A stretch of 64,000 nt of DNA from an archaeon (GTDB lineage: Archaea > Nanobdellota > Nanobdellia > Pacearchaeales > GW2011-AR1): positions 313,294 through 377,293 of the forward strand of contig DAHWKL010000001.1 of the NCBI GenBank assembly GCA_027343665.1, read 5' to 3'. Positions within the stretch are counted from its first letter, which is position 1; every line of letters starts with the position of its first letter. Of this stretch, positions 1 through 9,503 are shown piece after piece. The position numbers and the translations under genes are program-made. The notes below the pieces were generated by a model. The model had not been told where the DNA came from and did not search any database. It saw nothing but the letters and a program-made list of their open reading frames with translations.

Positions 1-135
1 TTTCAGGCAGTTGCAACAATGAAAGAGATGTTCACAAAGTACAAGAGCAAAAATGACCCGTGGTACCTGCCTGTGAAAAAACTTAACGAAGAGAACTATT
101 ATGAAAAACCTGAGGGGAAGAATAAATCCTGCTGA
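1..135 (+). CDS. 3' end of an unidentified CDS (partial)
   Basis: Frame 1 is open from the window edge to TGA at 133-135 (FQAVATMKEMF...KNKSC*); the other two + frames stop earlier. Confidence 0.4.
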   Translation, partial: FQAVATMKEMFTKYKSKNDPWYLPVKKLNEENYYEKPEGKNKSC

Positions 136-181
136 AATCACGGACAAAAATACTTAAAAAAGGAGACCTATTTGAATAAAG

Positions 182-910
182 ATGAAACTCAAACTTGAAG
201 ACCCGACACTTTTCACAAAAGCAATAGAACTGATATCAGACCTCGTCCTTGAAGTTAGAATAAAAGTGAATGAGTTCGGCATTTCCATCGTCGCGATAGA
301 TCCGGGAAATATATCTATGGTATCGATGAGGATTCCAAAAAATGCTTTCAAGGAATTTGAGTCAGGAGCTGAAGTTTTAGGCGTGAATCTTGAGAACCTT
401 AAGAAAATCCTGAGAAGAGCATCAAAGACAAGTTCATTGACAATAGAGAAGAAAGAAAATTCCATTGAGATAAAAATAGAGGATAAAATAAACAGGATTT
501 TCACACTGAACCTGATTGAAGTCGAAAGAGAAGACAAAGAATTCCCGGAACATCTTGAATATTCGTCAAAAGTCACTATGAACTCGCAGGACATGATTGA
601 TGCCGTCGAGGATTGCCTTGTCGTTTCTGATGCATGCACTTTGGCAATAAAAGACAAAAAATTTGTGATAGAATCGAAAGAAACAAATTCCGCAAGAACA
701 GAATTCTCGGCAGATGAAGCGGATATAGATGCGGAAGACTGCCGCGCACGTTACAGCCTTGAATACCTGCAGAAATTCATGAAAGCGGGGAAACAGTTTG
801 AAAAAACAACATTGAAATTTGCTGAAGACCATCCGATAAGGGTGGATTTTACTTCTGAACATCTGTCATTGAGTTTTCTTCTGGCGCCGCGAATGGAAAC
901 CGAAGATTAA
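182..910 (+). CDS. pcn: DNA polymerase sliding clamp PCNA
   Basis: 242 aa; AIDPGNISMV, YSLEYL, C-terminal FLLAPR typical of archaeal PCNA. Confidence 0.97.
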   Translation: MKLKLEDPTLFTKAIELISDLVLEVRIKVNEFGISIVAIDPGNISMVSMRIPKNAFKEFESGAEVLGVNLENLKKILRRASKTSSLTIEKKENSIEIKIEDKINRIFTLNLIEVEREDKEFPEHLEYSSKVTMNSQDMIDAVEDCLVVSDACTLAIKDKKFVIESKETNSARTEFSADEADIDAEDCRARYSLEYLQKFMKAGKQFEKTTLKFAEDHPIRVDFTSEHLSLSFLLAPRMETED

Positions 911-944
911 GAAAATTTATAAAAATCATTCCCCAGATTAATCT

Positions 945-1883
945 ATGATTCAAAACGGCCTTATTGACTGGATAAATCAAAATCTCAAAAGAGGGATTGA
1001 TACTAAATCTATAGAAGATGAACTTGCGAATTCAGGATGGAAAATAAAAGACATTCGCGACACAATAAAATACGCACAGGAGATAAACCAAAACGAACCT
1101 GAAACAACCTCATTAATGTTCAGTTCAAGAAAAACCTGGGTATATGCTTCACTTCCGGTAATTTTCATTGCTGCAGGAATATTTATCTTCTTTATCCTGA
1201 CAGTCCCCCATGTCCAATATAGTGCAGGCCAGATTTCAAATGGTATCAATGTAAACCTTGCACAGGGGAAAAACACAACTTTTGCGGTGGATAATCAGCA
1301 GCATACAATAGAAGTGAACTCTGTAGGCACGGATTCAGCAATTATTATAATACATAGCAACCCCCTAATTTTAAATCTGACCGTCGGAGAGACACAAGAA
1401 GTGGATCTGAACAGCGATGGGATACCTGATATAATTGTGAAACTTGTCAGCATAAACAATGGAGTGCCAAATATTTACATACAAAAGATCAAAACAGGCT
1501 GTACGGAAAACTGGCAATGCGGCAACTGGAGCGGATGCGAACCCGACGGAAAAGAGATAAGAGAATGCACAGATGTCAATTCATGCGGAACAAACAAGAA
1601 TATCCCCCAAACTGAAAGAATCTGTGGCAGCATCCATACTCAGGCTAATGGGAACTCCGCAATAAACAGGAATTTTTCTTTAAATGCGACGGGGAGCAAT
1701 AAGTCCATTAATTTTTCAGCGAGAGTCAACGCAAGCTTAAACCAAAGCAAGGTTAATATGACAAATTACCTGAACCAAACAGCAAACGTAAACCCTGAAA
1801 AGAGCGCGAATCAAACAAATAATTCCATAAATTCAAAGATGGAAGATAATAATATTTCAAAAAGCGTAAATTCCTCAGGATGA
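945..1883 (+). CDS. Membrane-anchored surface protein (small N-terminal helical domain, one TM helix, DLNSDGIPD Ca-binding-like loop, CTENWQCGNWSGC Cys module, Asn-rich tail)
   Basis: ORF track; hydrophobic segment, Cys/Trp motif, many N-x-S/T sequons; TTTATAAA ~25 nt upstream. Confidence 0.75.
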   Translation: MIQNGLIDWINQNLKRGIDTKSIEDELANSGWKIKDIRDTIKYAQEINQNEPETTSLMFSSRKTWVYASLPVIFIAAGIFIFFILTVPHVQYSAGQISNGINVNLAQGKNTTFAVDNQQHTIEVNSVGTDSAIIIIHSNPLILNLTVGETQEVDLNSDGIPDIIVKLVSINNGVPNIYIQKIKTGCTENWQCGNWSGCEPDGKEIRECTDVNSCGTNKNIPQTERICGSIHTQANGNSAINRNFSLNATGSNKSINFSARVNASLNQSKVNMTNYLNQTANVNPEKSANQTNNSINSKMEDNNISKSVNSSG

Positions 1884-2088
1884 TCATCAGCTCTCAAAAT
1901 TCAACGGATGCAAACGTACTCATCTACGCCCCTGTAAATATCACCTGACCTGTCATAATCAATCTTGAAAAAAGAGAATTCTTTATGATGAAATCAGAAG
2001 ATTAGAATCTCACATCCGTTGAGAATATTCCAATAATATCTTTTCTTTCTATTGAAATATTTATAAATATAAAAATCTTTGAAAAGAA

Positions 2089-2901
2089 ATGAAAGAGGTG
2101 TCCTATAATATTAGCAAAAAGGGCCAGGTGACTATGTTTGTCATAATCGCTCTGGTTATAGTTGTTGCGGGGATCCTCATATATTTCTTTGTTCCCGGGA
2201 TAAAAACAACTTCAATCCAATCACAGGAAGATCCTGTCGCATATTTTCAAAATTGCGTTCAGGGGAATCTGAGTTCAAATGTTCAGACTGTCAGCATGCA
2301 GGGAGGAAGCATGAATCCTTCTTCAAGCATAATGTACTTGGGAAACAGGGTGGCGTATCTTTGCTATAACAGCCAGCCATACGCTGCTTCAGCGACGCAG
2401 ATGTGCATGCCCCAGGTCGCATTTTTAACTTCGCACATAGAACAGGAACTGAAGAAAAGCATGACTTCGACAGTGGAAAATTGCTTTTCAGAGATGCAGC
2501 AGGATTACACCTCAAAAGGATATAATGTAAATCTCCAATTAGGCAACTTCAGTGTTAGTCTCCTTCCTAACAGAATGCTCCTTCACAGCAACACACAACT
2601 TACATTGACGAAAGGCTCTCAGAAATATTACAATTCATTTGATGCGGTTTTGAACAATAATCTTTATGAACTAGCAGGTGTTGCAAGTACAATAGTGGGC
2701 TGGGAGCAGGCTTACGGGGATGCTGACCCTGCTTATTTCATGACATATTATCCGGATCTTGTGATAACGAAGAACATCCAAAGCGACTGGACAAAAGTCT
2801 GGGTGATAAAAGAAGCGAACACAGGAAATGAATTTGAATTCGCAGTAAGGAGCATAAACTGGCCTCTTGGAATCCCAACGCCGTCAAACCAATCATCATG
2901 A
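2089..2901 (+). CDS. Pilin-like protein with class III signal peptide
   Basis: N-terminus KKGQ-VTMFVIIALVIVVAGILIYFF. Confidence 0.8.
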   Translation: MKEVSYNISKKGQVTMFVIIALVIVVAGILIYFFVPGIKTTSIQSQEDPVAYFQNCVQGNLSSNVQTVSMQGGSMNPSSSIMYLGNRVAYLCYNSQPYAASATQMCMPQVAFLTSHIEQELKKSMTSTVENCFSEMQQDYTSKGYNVNLQLGNFSVSLLPNRMLLHSNTQLTLTKGSQKYYNSFDAVLNNNLYELAGVASTIVGWEQAYGDADPAYFMTYYPDLVITKNIQSDWTKVWVIKEANTGNEFEFAVRSINWPLGIPTPSNQSS

Positions 2902-4724
2902 AAAAAAGAGGAATAACAATAATTCTTGCATTTGTCTTAGTCTTTACTTTCCTGATCCTTAATATCCATAACGCTGCAGCCGCAGGTAATGTCTGCTGTG
3001 AAAAATTGAAGACAAATTCCGACGGAAGTGGAGGACAATTTTGCATGATGGCTCCGCAGAGTTCATGCAATCTGAGTGATGGATACCAGTCTGCTCCGAC
3101 TTCATGCGGGGCCACGCAATTTTGCCAGATAGGGACATGCGTTGGGAGTTCTTCCATACCCAGCCAAACGGGACAATGTACTTCTGGCGTAAGCAGGATA
3201 GTTTGCCAAAATGATGGAGGATATTGGGAGTCTCAATCACCTTCACAATTGCAACAATGTCAACTCGGGTGCTGTTACATAGGAACAACCTCCGCACTTT
3301 TCACAACACAAGTGGCATGTAAACAAGAAGCTTCAACGCAAGGAGTGAGCACAAATTGGGACAGTTCAATCACATCAGAATCAACATGTCTTGCAAGTGC
3401 AGGCGGAGATACAAAAGGCGCATGCGTTTATCAGACAGGCGGAGAAAGGACATGCACCATGACCACAAAGACAGGATGCACAAATCTGCAATCAAACGGA
3501 AGTGTTTCTTCACCGATATTTTATCCAAATGATTTATGCTCAAATGAAAATCTTCATACAAACTGCGGACCTTCAAAACTAACAACCTGTGTTCCGGGAC
3601 AAGATGCAGTTTACTTTGTAGACACGTGCGGAAACATTGCAAATGTATATGATGCAAGCAAAGTGAATGACCTTTCATATTGGCAGACAATAATACCTAA
3701 GAGTGAATCATGCGGAAACACCACAAGCAATGCGAACAGCGTTTCATGCGGAAACTGTGACTTTGGACTCGGAAGCACATGCGCACCTTATCAAAGGGGC
3801 ACGGACCCCGTGCAACCAACATACGGAAATTATATATGCAAAAGCCTTAGTTGTAATTACCAAGGAAAAACTTATCAGCAGGGAGAATCATGGTGTGCTC
3901 TCACACCCGGAACAACAACGATAACTGACCAGAACCAAAACGGAAGTTATACTTTTGGCACTTCAAATTCAGCAATACCCAACGATGCAACAACGAACCT
4001 TCCGGGATCAGTGTATGAAAAACTCACATGCATGAACGGACAGGTTACCCCTACTTTCTGCGGTGATGGCCGCCAACAGATATGTGTTCAAGATAGTGTT
4101 CCAACTGCAAATGGCGGAACTTTCAGCAATGCAGCATGTGAACTGAACAAGTGGCAGGATTGTTACAACCAAACAAGCCAGTCTGCCTGCCTTGACAGAT
4201 CAAAGAGAGATTGCCAATGGTTATCAGGAAACTCTCAGGGACTAAATTACACTTACAATTCTCAAAGCACACAAGGAACAACAAAAGGTGCTTGTGCACC
4301 ATTATTTGCGCCGGGATTCGACTTCTACAATGGAAGCGGAAACGGCGACGGAATAAGTGCACTTGGAACAATTGTATGCCAATACAAAGTAACCAAGAGT
4401 ACAGTTGGGGGACGCAGTATAGACAAAGGGAGCGAGTGCGTTTATCTTGATAATGGAGTGATAAAAATATTACCTTCATGGGTTCAAGCAATGAATACAA
4501 GATGCACATTGATAGGAGATAGCGGGCCAAAAGAGAATTATTTAGGTCTGCCAGGGCAGATGCAAATAATTGCTGAAAAAGTCTTCGGCAACAATGTAAC
4601 TGCAGAATATGTCAAGGCAAATGGAAACGGAACAATATTCGATGTGAATGACAAAGGTGTCGGGGCATCATATTCAAGCTGGACTAATTTCGTCAAGAAC
4701 ATAGTTGGAGCACAGATAAGATGA
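2898..4724 (+). CDS. Large cysteine-rich secreted protein
   Basis: 608 aa, MKKRG plus hydrophobic signal, more than 35 Cys with repeated GCC/GAC/TC modules; ATGA overlap with upstream gene. Confidence 0.8.
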   Translation: MKKRGITIILAFVLVFTFLILNIHNAAAAGNVCCEKLKTNSDGSGGQFCMMAPQSSCNLSDGYQSAPTSCGATQFCQIGTCVGSSSIPSQTGQCTSGVSRIVCQNDGGYWESQSPSQLQQCQLGCCYIGTTSALFTTQVACKQEASTQGVSTNWDSSITSESTCLASAGGDTKGACVYQTGGERTCTMTTKTGCTNLQSNGSVSSPIFYPNDLCSNENLHTNCGPSKLTTCVPGQDAVYFVDTCGNIANVYDASKVNDLSYWQTIIPKSESCGNTTSNANSVSCGNCDFGLGSTCAPYQRGTDPVQPTYGNYICKSLSCNYQGKTYQQGESWCALTPGTTTITDQNQNGSYTFGTSNSAIPNDATTNLPGSVYEKLTCMNGQVTPTFCGDGRQQICVQDSVPTANGGTFSNAACELNKWQDCYNQTSQSACLDRSKRDCQWLSGNSQGLNYTYNSQSTQGTTKGACAPLFAPGFDFYNGSGNGDGISALGTIVCQYKVTKSTVGGRSIDKGSECVYLDNGVIKILPSWVQAMNTRCTLIGDSGPKENYLGLPGQMQIIAEKVFGNNVTAEYVKANGNGTIFDVNDKGVGASYSSWTNFVKNIVGAQIR

Positions 4725-7036
4725 AATCACAAACAAAGAAAATAGCACTCACGGAGATAATAATATTGTTAGTCGGAGTTTTCGCATTTGTGTGGCTGAT
4801 AAATGGCGTACCGAGTGTGAGTGCAAGTGGAGGACCAAGCAGTTCAAAACCCTCTTGTCCAGGATTAGAACCTTACTGTTATAATCCTGCAACACAAACC
4901 TGTGCGGGATCATTTAGTCAGAATGATGTAAATTGCCCTGCCCCTTGGTGCTGCTCAGTACAGCCCAAGGCAATACAAACAGGAGGGACATCAGGAGGGA
5001 CAACTAACTCCCCTTTGTCTCCTGTTGAAGGTATGGGATTCACAGTAGGAGGAAATGTTTTGTCTAATTATATTGGAAAGTTTGTGGTTCCACAAACTGC
5101 CCCTGAAACAGCAAAAGAGATAGCAGCGGAGAAGGCAGCTGAAACACCAAAGGTACCTCAAACTACTACAAATGTGCAGCCCAATAGCCCTCCAAGCTTT
5201 TGGTCAAACTTAGGTTCAACAACTGCAGACGTCGCGGCAGCCGCAACATTTGCATATATAGGACATCTTGCATTTACAGCAGCAGCAAAAGGGCTCAAGG
5301 CAAATCAATACTGGACAAATGGACTCAATGCAATTGGAACCGGTCTGGGAGCTGGAGGCGGACTGGCTTTAGGAATGACTCTTTTACCTTCCTCATGGCT
5401 CACTACAATAAGTGCACCTTTTGCCACGCTTTTAGGAGTTAGTTCAGCATTAGGATTGGGAATTGCTGTTGCGGCAGCAGTCGCTATTACATCTTGGCTT
5501 TTCTCAAGCAGTACAATAGAACAAGGAGCTGTCGTCTATTATTGCAACCAATGGCAGCCTGTCCCGGGCGGACAAAATTGTGATTTGTGCAACCATCAAA
5601 CTGTCCCTTGTTCACTTTACCAATGTAAGAGCTTAGGACAATCATGTGCATTCTCACAGAGCAACGCTTCAAATGGAGGAGCATCATTCTGTTATTACCA
5701 AAACCCACATGACATAAATCCTCCGATAATGACTCCCAATACAAATGCTCTAACGCCAGGATTCATTTATCAAAACTCAACTGCAGCTTCACCTCCTGAC
5801 AGAGAGGTCAAGATAATATATACAAACGATCAGGCAGGATGCGTGCCTGCTTTCAGCACAGTGACTTTTGGGGTTAACACAAATGAATATGCTGCTTGCA
5901 AGATAAGTTTCAACAGAACAGATTCTTATGGAAATATGGCGACTTACATAGGAGGAAGCGGGCTTAATTTAAATCACACCCAAGTTCTCAAAATACCTTA
6001 TATAAATACAAGCATAGGCCAATCGAATGTCATATCTGCATATGTAAGATGCCAGGATGCAAATGGAAATGCCGACGTCGGAAATTTCGTATTCCAGATG
6101 TGCGTGCAGAAAGGACCTGATTTAACTCCTCCTGTCATCGACTCAACAAACATCTTGAACAATACTGCCCTTGTTTCAGGGGTGCAGAATGTCAGTGTAA
6201 ATTTCAATGTAAACAAGCCTTCATATTGCAGGTGGTCTTATGACCCTGGAACTGAATATGACAGCATGCAGAACAATATGAGCTGTGTAAATGATACGAC
6301 TCAGTTGAATGGCGTCCTGGATTATACCTGTGCCGCAAATTTAAGTCTTACAAGCACAACGCCCGGGAAGAAAACTTATTTCTATGCCAAATGCCGTGAC
6401 ATGACTCCCACTCAAAACACAAATACTCAGGATTATGTATATGCACTTTCATCTTCACAGCCACTTGTCATAAAGAGTGTTTCACCTAATGCAACAACGA
6501 TATCTAATTCTGGATCTATAACCCCTGTCACAATAACAGCAACAACAATAGGTGGAGTAAACAACGGAAACGCCTCGTGCACTTATATTGACAACAATAA
6601 TCCTTCAGCGGGAGGTGTACCTTTCGCAAACACCCCTTCATATCAAAGTTCAACAACTGTATATGACAGCACAGGAGCACAAAGCTATAACATAACTTGC
6701 ACAGATGATGCCGGAAATTCAGATACAAAGACAATAAATTTCAATGTCAATCTCGACAACACCCCTCCGGTCGTCACAAGGGTATATTATAATAACGGAC
6801 AGATGGAGATAACCACAAACGAACAGGCAATGTGTGAATACATGACGGGGAATAATTGTGATTATTACTTTGGACAGGGAACTAACATATCAAGCTCCAA
6901 CGGAGGGAAAATACATGAGTTCCCATGGAATACTGCAACAGACCTTTCAGTTAAATGTGAAGACGCTTATGGAAATCTCCCTACTGCCGGAACATGCAGC
7001 ATCGTTGTAAGGGCATACGGAAATCAAAGCAGCTAA
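4721..7036 (+). CDS. Secreted/membrane protein with Gly/Ala-rich hydrophobic region, Cys-rich module and repeated Ig-like domains
   Basis: 771 aa; signal peptide, GTGLGAGGGLALG segment, repeated C-x-D-x-x-G-N and D-x-x-P-P beta-sandwich boundaries. Confidence 0.8.
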   Translation: MKSQTKKIALTEIIILLVGVFAFVWLINGVPSVSASGGPSSSKPSCPGLEPYCYNPATQTCAGSFSQNDVNCPAPWCCSVQPKAIQTGGTSGGTTNSPLSPVEGMGFTVGGNVLSNYIGKFVVPQTAPETAKEIAAEKAAETPKVPQTTTNVQPNSPPSFWSNLGSTTADVAAAATFAYIGHLAFTAAAKGLKANQYWTNGLNAIGTGLGAGGGLALGMTLLPSSWLTTISAPFATLLGVSSALGLGIAVAAAVAITSWLFSSSTIEQGAVVYYCNQWQPVPGGQNCDLCNHQTVPCSLYQCKSLGQSCAFSQSNASNGGASFCYYQNPHDINPPIMTPNTNALTPGFIYQNSTAASPPDREVKIIYTNDQAGCVPAFSTVTFGVNTNEYAACKISFNRTDSYGNMATYIGGSGLNLNHTQVLKIPYINTSIGQSNVISAYVRCQDANGNADVGNFVFQMCVQKGPDLTPPVIDSTNILNNTALVSGVQNVSVNFNVNKPSYCRWSYDPGTEYDSMQNNMSCVNDTTQLNGVLDYTCAANLSLTSTTPGKKTYFYAKCRDMTPTQNTNTQDYVYALSSSQPLVIKSVSPNATTISNSGSITPVTITATTIGGVNNGNASCTYIDNNNPSAGGVPFANTPSYQSSTTVYDSTGAQSYNITCTDDAGNSDTKTINFNVNLDNTPPVVTRVYYNNGQMEITTNEQAMCEYMTGNNCDYYFGQGTNISSSNGGKIHEFPWNTATDLSVKCEDAYGNLPTAGTCSIVVRAYGNQSS

Positions 7037-7155
7037 ATTCCTTCTCTCTAAAAGTTGTTATAGATCTTATCTGATTATTTTGGCAAATTCAAAAACATGA
7101 CTTGCCCAGATCAAATTTTCCATAAATTTAAAAATTAAAATACACTGAAGAGGAT

Positions 7156-7578
7156 ATGGATAAAAAAAGAGGGCAGCTGAATCTGTCTTTCGGGATGATA
7201 TTCTCGATAATACTCATCATCGTATTTTTAGGAGCAGCGTTTTATGCAATACAGCAGTTCTTATCTTTCCAAAGCAACCTCCAGACGCAGAAATTCTACA
7301 GCTCACTCCAGTCTGATGTGAACACTGCATGGACAAGCACAGAAGCTTCAACTCCTGCGACTTACATTGTCCCTTCTGGTGTAAAACAAGTATGCTTCAC
7401 AAATAATCAGAACGGAAATGTGTACTTTGTGGAAAAGATCCCTCAACTCGGGCAATACATTGATCACCTGAATATAACGAAAGATTATTGCGAGAATGTA
7501 ACAAATGGAAAAGTGCAATTTTTGATTCAAAAAAATTTCGGCGAACCTCTTGTGAACGTCAGACCGGTGGGAGCTTAA
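7156..7578 (+). CDS. Pilin-like protein with class III signal peptide
   Basis: KKRGQ-LNLSFGMIFSIILIIVFLG. Confidence 0.8.
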   Translation: MDKKRGQLNLSFGMIFSIILIIVFLGAAFYAIQQFLSFQSNLQTQKFYSSLQSDVNTAWTSTEASTPATYIVPSGVKQVCFTNNQNGNVYFVEKIPQLGQYIDHLNITKDYCENVTNGKVQFLIQKNFGEPLVNVRPVGA

Positions 7579-7589
7579 GCTTCTGAAAA

Positions 7590-8537
7590 ATGCCAAAGAA
7601 AAAAACCTATGCAAAAAAAATAAGCTTCAGGAAAAAAGGATTTCTTGATCTGCCGTTTTCATGGATTTTCGCTTTAATCGTCGGAGCGATAATACTTTTT
7701 GGAGCAATATACTTTGCGACAAGAGCATCCAACGTTGCAAGCACAGCTTCATCAGCTCAGGCAGGGGCTTCACTTGTCAATCTCCTTTCCCCACTTGAAA
7801 ACGGGGTCGGATCTGCAAATATGATAACAATAACTCTCCCCTTGAATTCAAGAATAGACCATCAGTGCAGTTCGTTCGGAAACTTCGGAAAAGATACGTT
7901 ATCTGTAGATCAGTTCATAAACGGCAAATGGGGCGGAACCGAAGTGAGCATATCTTCACAAAATAAATATATCTTCTCCCCGGTATTTTTCCAGGGAAAA
8001 ACATTCAATGTATTCTCAGAACCATTTAATCTGCCATTCAATGTGGCAGACCTTATGTATATGACAAATGCACAGACCAAATATTGCTTTGTCAACATGC
8101 CTTTGAGTTCAGAAACAGCACTCATGAATTTGAACCAAAATAATTTTGAGTTCAGCACCTGCTCTGGAAACGCTACAAAGATATGCTTCAACTCAAATTC
8201 AAATTGCGATATCAATGTCAACACAAATGCGGGAACAGTAGAAAAAAGCGGATCCATAATGTATTTCGAAGGAGATGCACTCATGTATGCGGCGATATTT
8301 TCGGACAAAAGCATATATGAATGTGAGCTCGGAAGGCTCATGAAAAGAACCTCTTCCCTGACTGATATATATCTGGAAAAAGCCACAATACTCCAAAAAG
8401 AAGGTTGCACCCCCCAGACGAATTTTGCCGGATTCCAGAATTCACTTAATGGCTACAATAGTTCAGAAGATATATTCACTGTTTCAAATTATGCAAACCA
8501 GCTTGAAAACGGAGGTTATCAGTGCAATTTATGGTAG
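7590..8537 (+). CDS. Pilin-like protein with class III signal peptide
   Basis: RKKG-FLDLPFSWIFALIVGAIILFG; several Cys. Confidence 0.75.
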   Translation: MPKKKTYAKKISFRKKGFLDLPFSWIFALIVGAIILFGAIYFATRASNVASTASSAQAGASLVNLLSPLENGVGSANMITITLPLNSRIDHQCSSFGNFGKDTLSVDQFINGKWGGTEVSISSQNKYIFSPVFFQGKTFNVFSEPFNLPFNVADLMYMTNAQTKYCFVNMPLSSETALMNLNQNNFEFSTCSGNATKICFNSNSNCDINVNTNAGTVEKSGSIMYFEGDALMYAAIFSDKSIYECELGRLMKRTSSLTDIYLEKATILQKEGCTPQTNFAGFQNSLNGYNSSEDIFTVSNYANQLENGGYQCNLW

Positions 8538-9046
8538 GAAAAAAAGGACAGATAAAAATACAACAAATGATATTTCTAATACTTGGCCTCACAATATTCT
8601 TTGTTATAGCCGGGCTGTTCATCCTTTCAATGCTGCTTTCAGGGCTGAAATCTTCACAAACGATGACAAGCGAACAGCAGGCGACACTTTTGGTGGAAAG
8701 TCTTGCAAACTCCCCTGAATTCGCCTGCGGAAGCACTTTTGGAACCCAAAGGACAGACTGCATAGACATGGACAAAGCATTTGCGTTAAAAGATCAGGCA
8801 ACAAAATATCAGCAATTCTGGGATGTCCAGGGAGTTGAGATTCAAAGACTTTATCCAGAAACAAACTTCAGCATCGAATGCACAAATGAAACTTATCCCA
8901 ATTGCGGACGTATGACAATACTCAACGGGACAAGCGGAACGGAATATTCCGCATATGTATCTCTTTGCAGGAAATACGAATCGGAAAATTCATCTTACAA
9001 TAAATGTGAACTGGGAGAACTTTCAGTGAGGGTTTCAAATGGATAA
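8531..9046 (+). CDS. Pilin-like protein with class III signal peptide
   Basis: ATG at 8531: MVGKKGQ-IKIQQMIFLILGLTIFF. Confidence 0.78.
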   Translation: MVGKKGQIKIQQMIFLILGLTIFFVIAGLFILSMLLSGLKSSQTMTSEQQATLLVESLANSPEFACGSTFGTQRTDCIDMDKAFALKDQATKYQQFWDVQGVEIQRLYPETNFSIECTNETYPNCGRMTILNGTSGTEYSAYVSLCRKYESENSSYNKCELGELSVRVSNG

Positions 9047-9503
9047 AAAAGCACAATCTGAACTTGTGGGATTTGCAATAATAGTCATAATCGTGTCTCT
9101 TATAATCCTTATATTTGTCGCCATTTCCCTTCAGCAGAAACCTGAGACGGTCCAAAGTTACCAAACAGAGTCTTTTGTGCAGTCGATTCTGCAATACACA
9201 ACAACTTGCCAGGAAAACGGAAATTATGAGTCTTATCTTGACCTTATAGAACTTTGCGGGCAGGGAGGAACATGTGATAATGGAACAAGCGCATGCAGTT
9301 CTTTGAAGTCAATCTCTAAAAGTCTTTTAGACAGCTCATGGCAGACCGGAAGTAAATACCCTGTCAAAGGTTACCAGTTTCTTATAAATTATGCTGGAAA
9401 TTATATAATAAACGAAACCAAAGGGAACCTTACGCTGCAAAGCAAAGGCTCAAACCAAGTTTTCAATGGGAACTTACAGATAACTTTCAAAGCATATTAT
9501 TAA
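9039..9503 (+). CDS. Pilin-like protein with class III signal peptide
   Basis: MDKKAQ-SELVGFAIIVIIVSLIILIF. Confidence 0.8.
   Translation: MDKKAQSELVGFAIIVIIVSLIILIFVAISLQQKPETVQSYQTESFVQSILQYTTTCQENGNYESYLDLIELCGQGGTCDNGTSACSSLKSISKSLLDSSWQTGSKYPVKGYQFLINYAGNYIINETKGNLTLQSKGSNQVFNGNLQITFKAYY

Noticed and set aside
154..657. Long antisense ORFs over housekeeping genes (also 7910-8410, 21837-22319, 50367-50942 and others)
   Set aside because: Shadow frames of well-supported genes on the opposite strand
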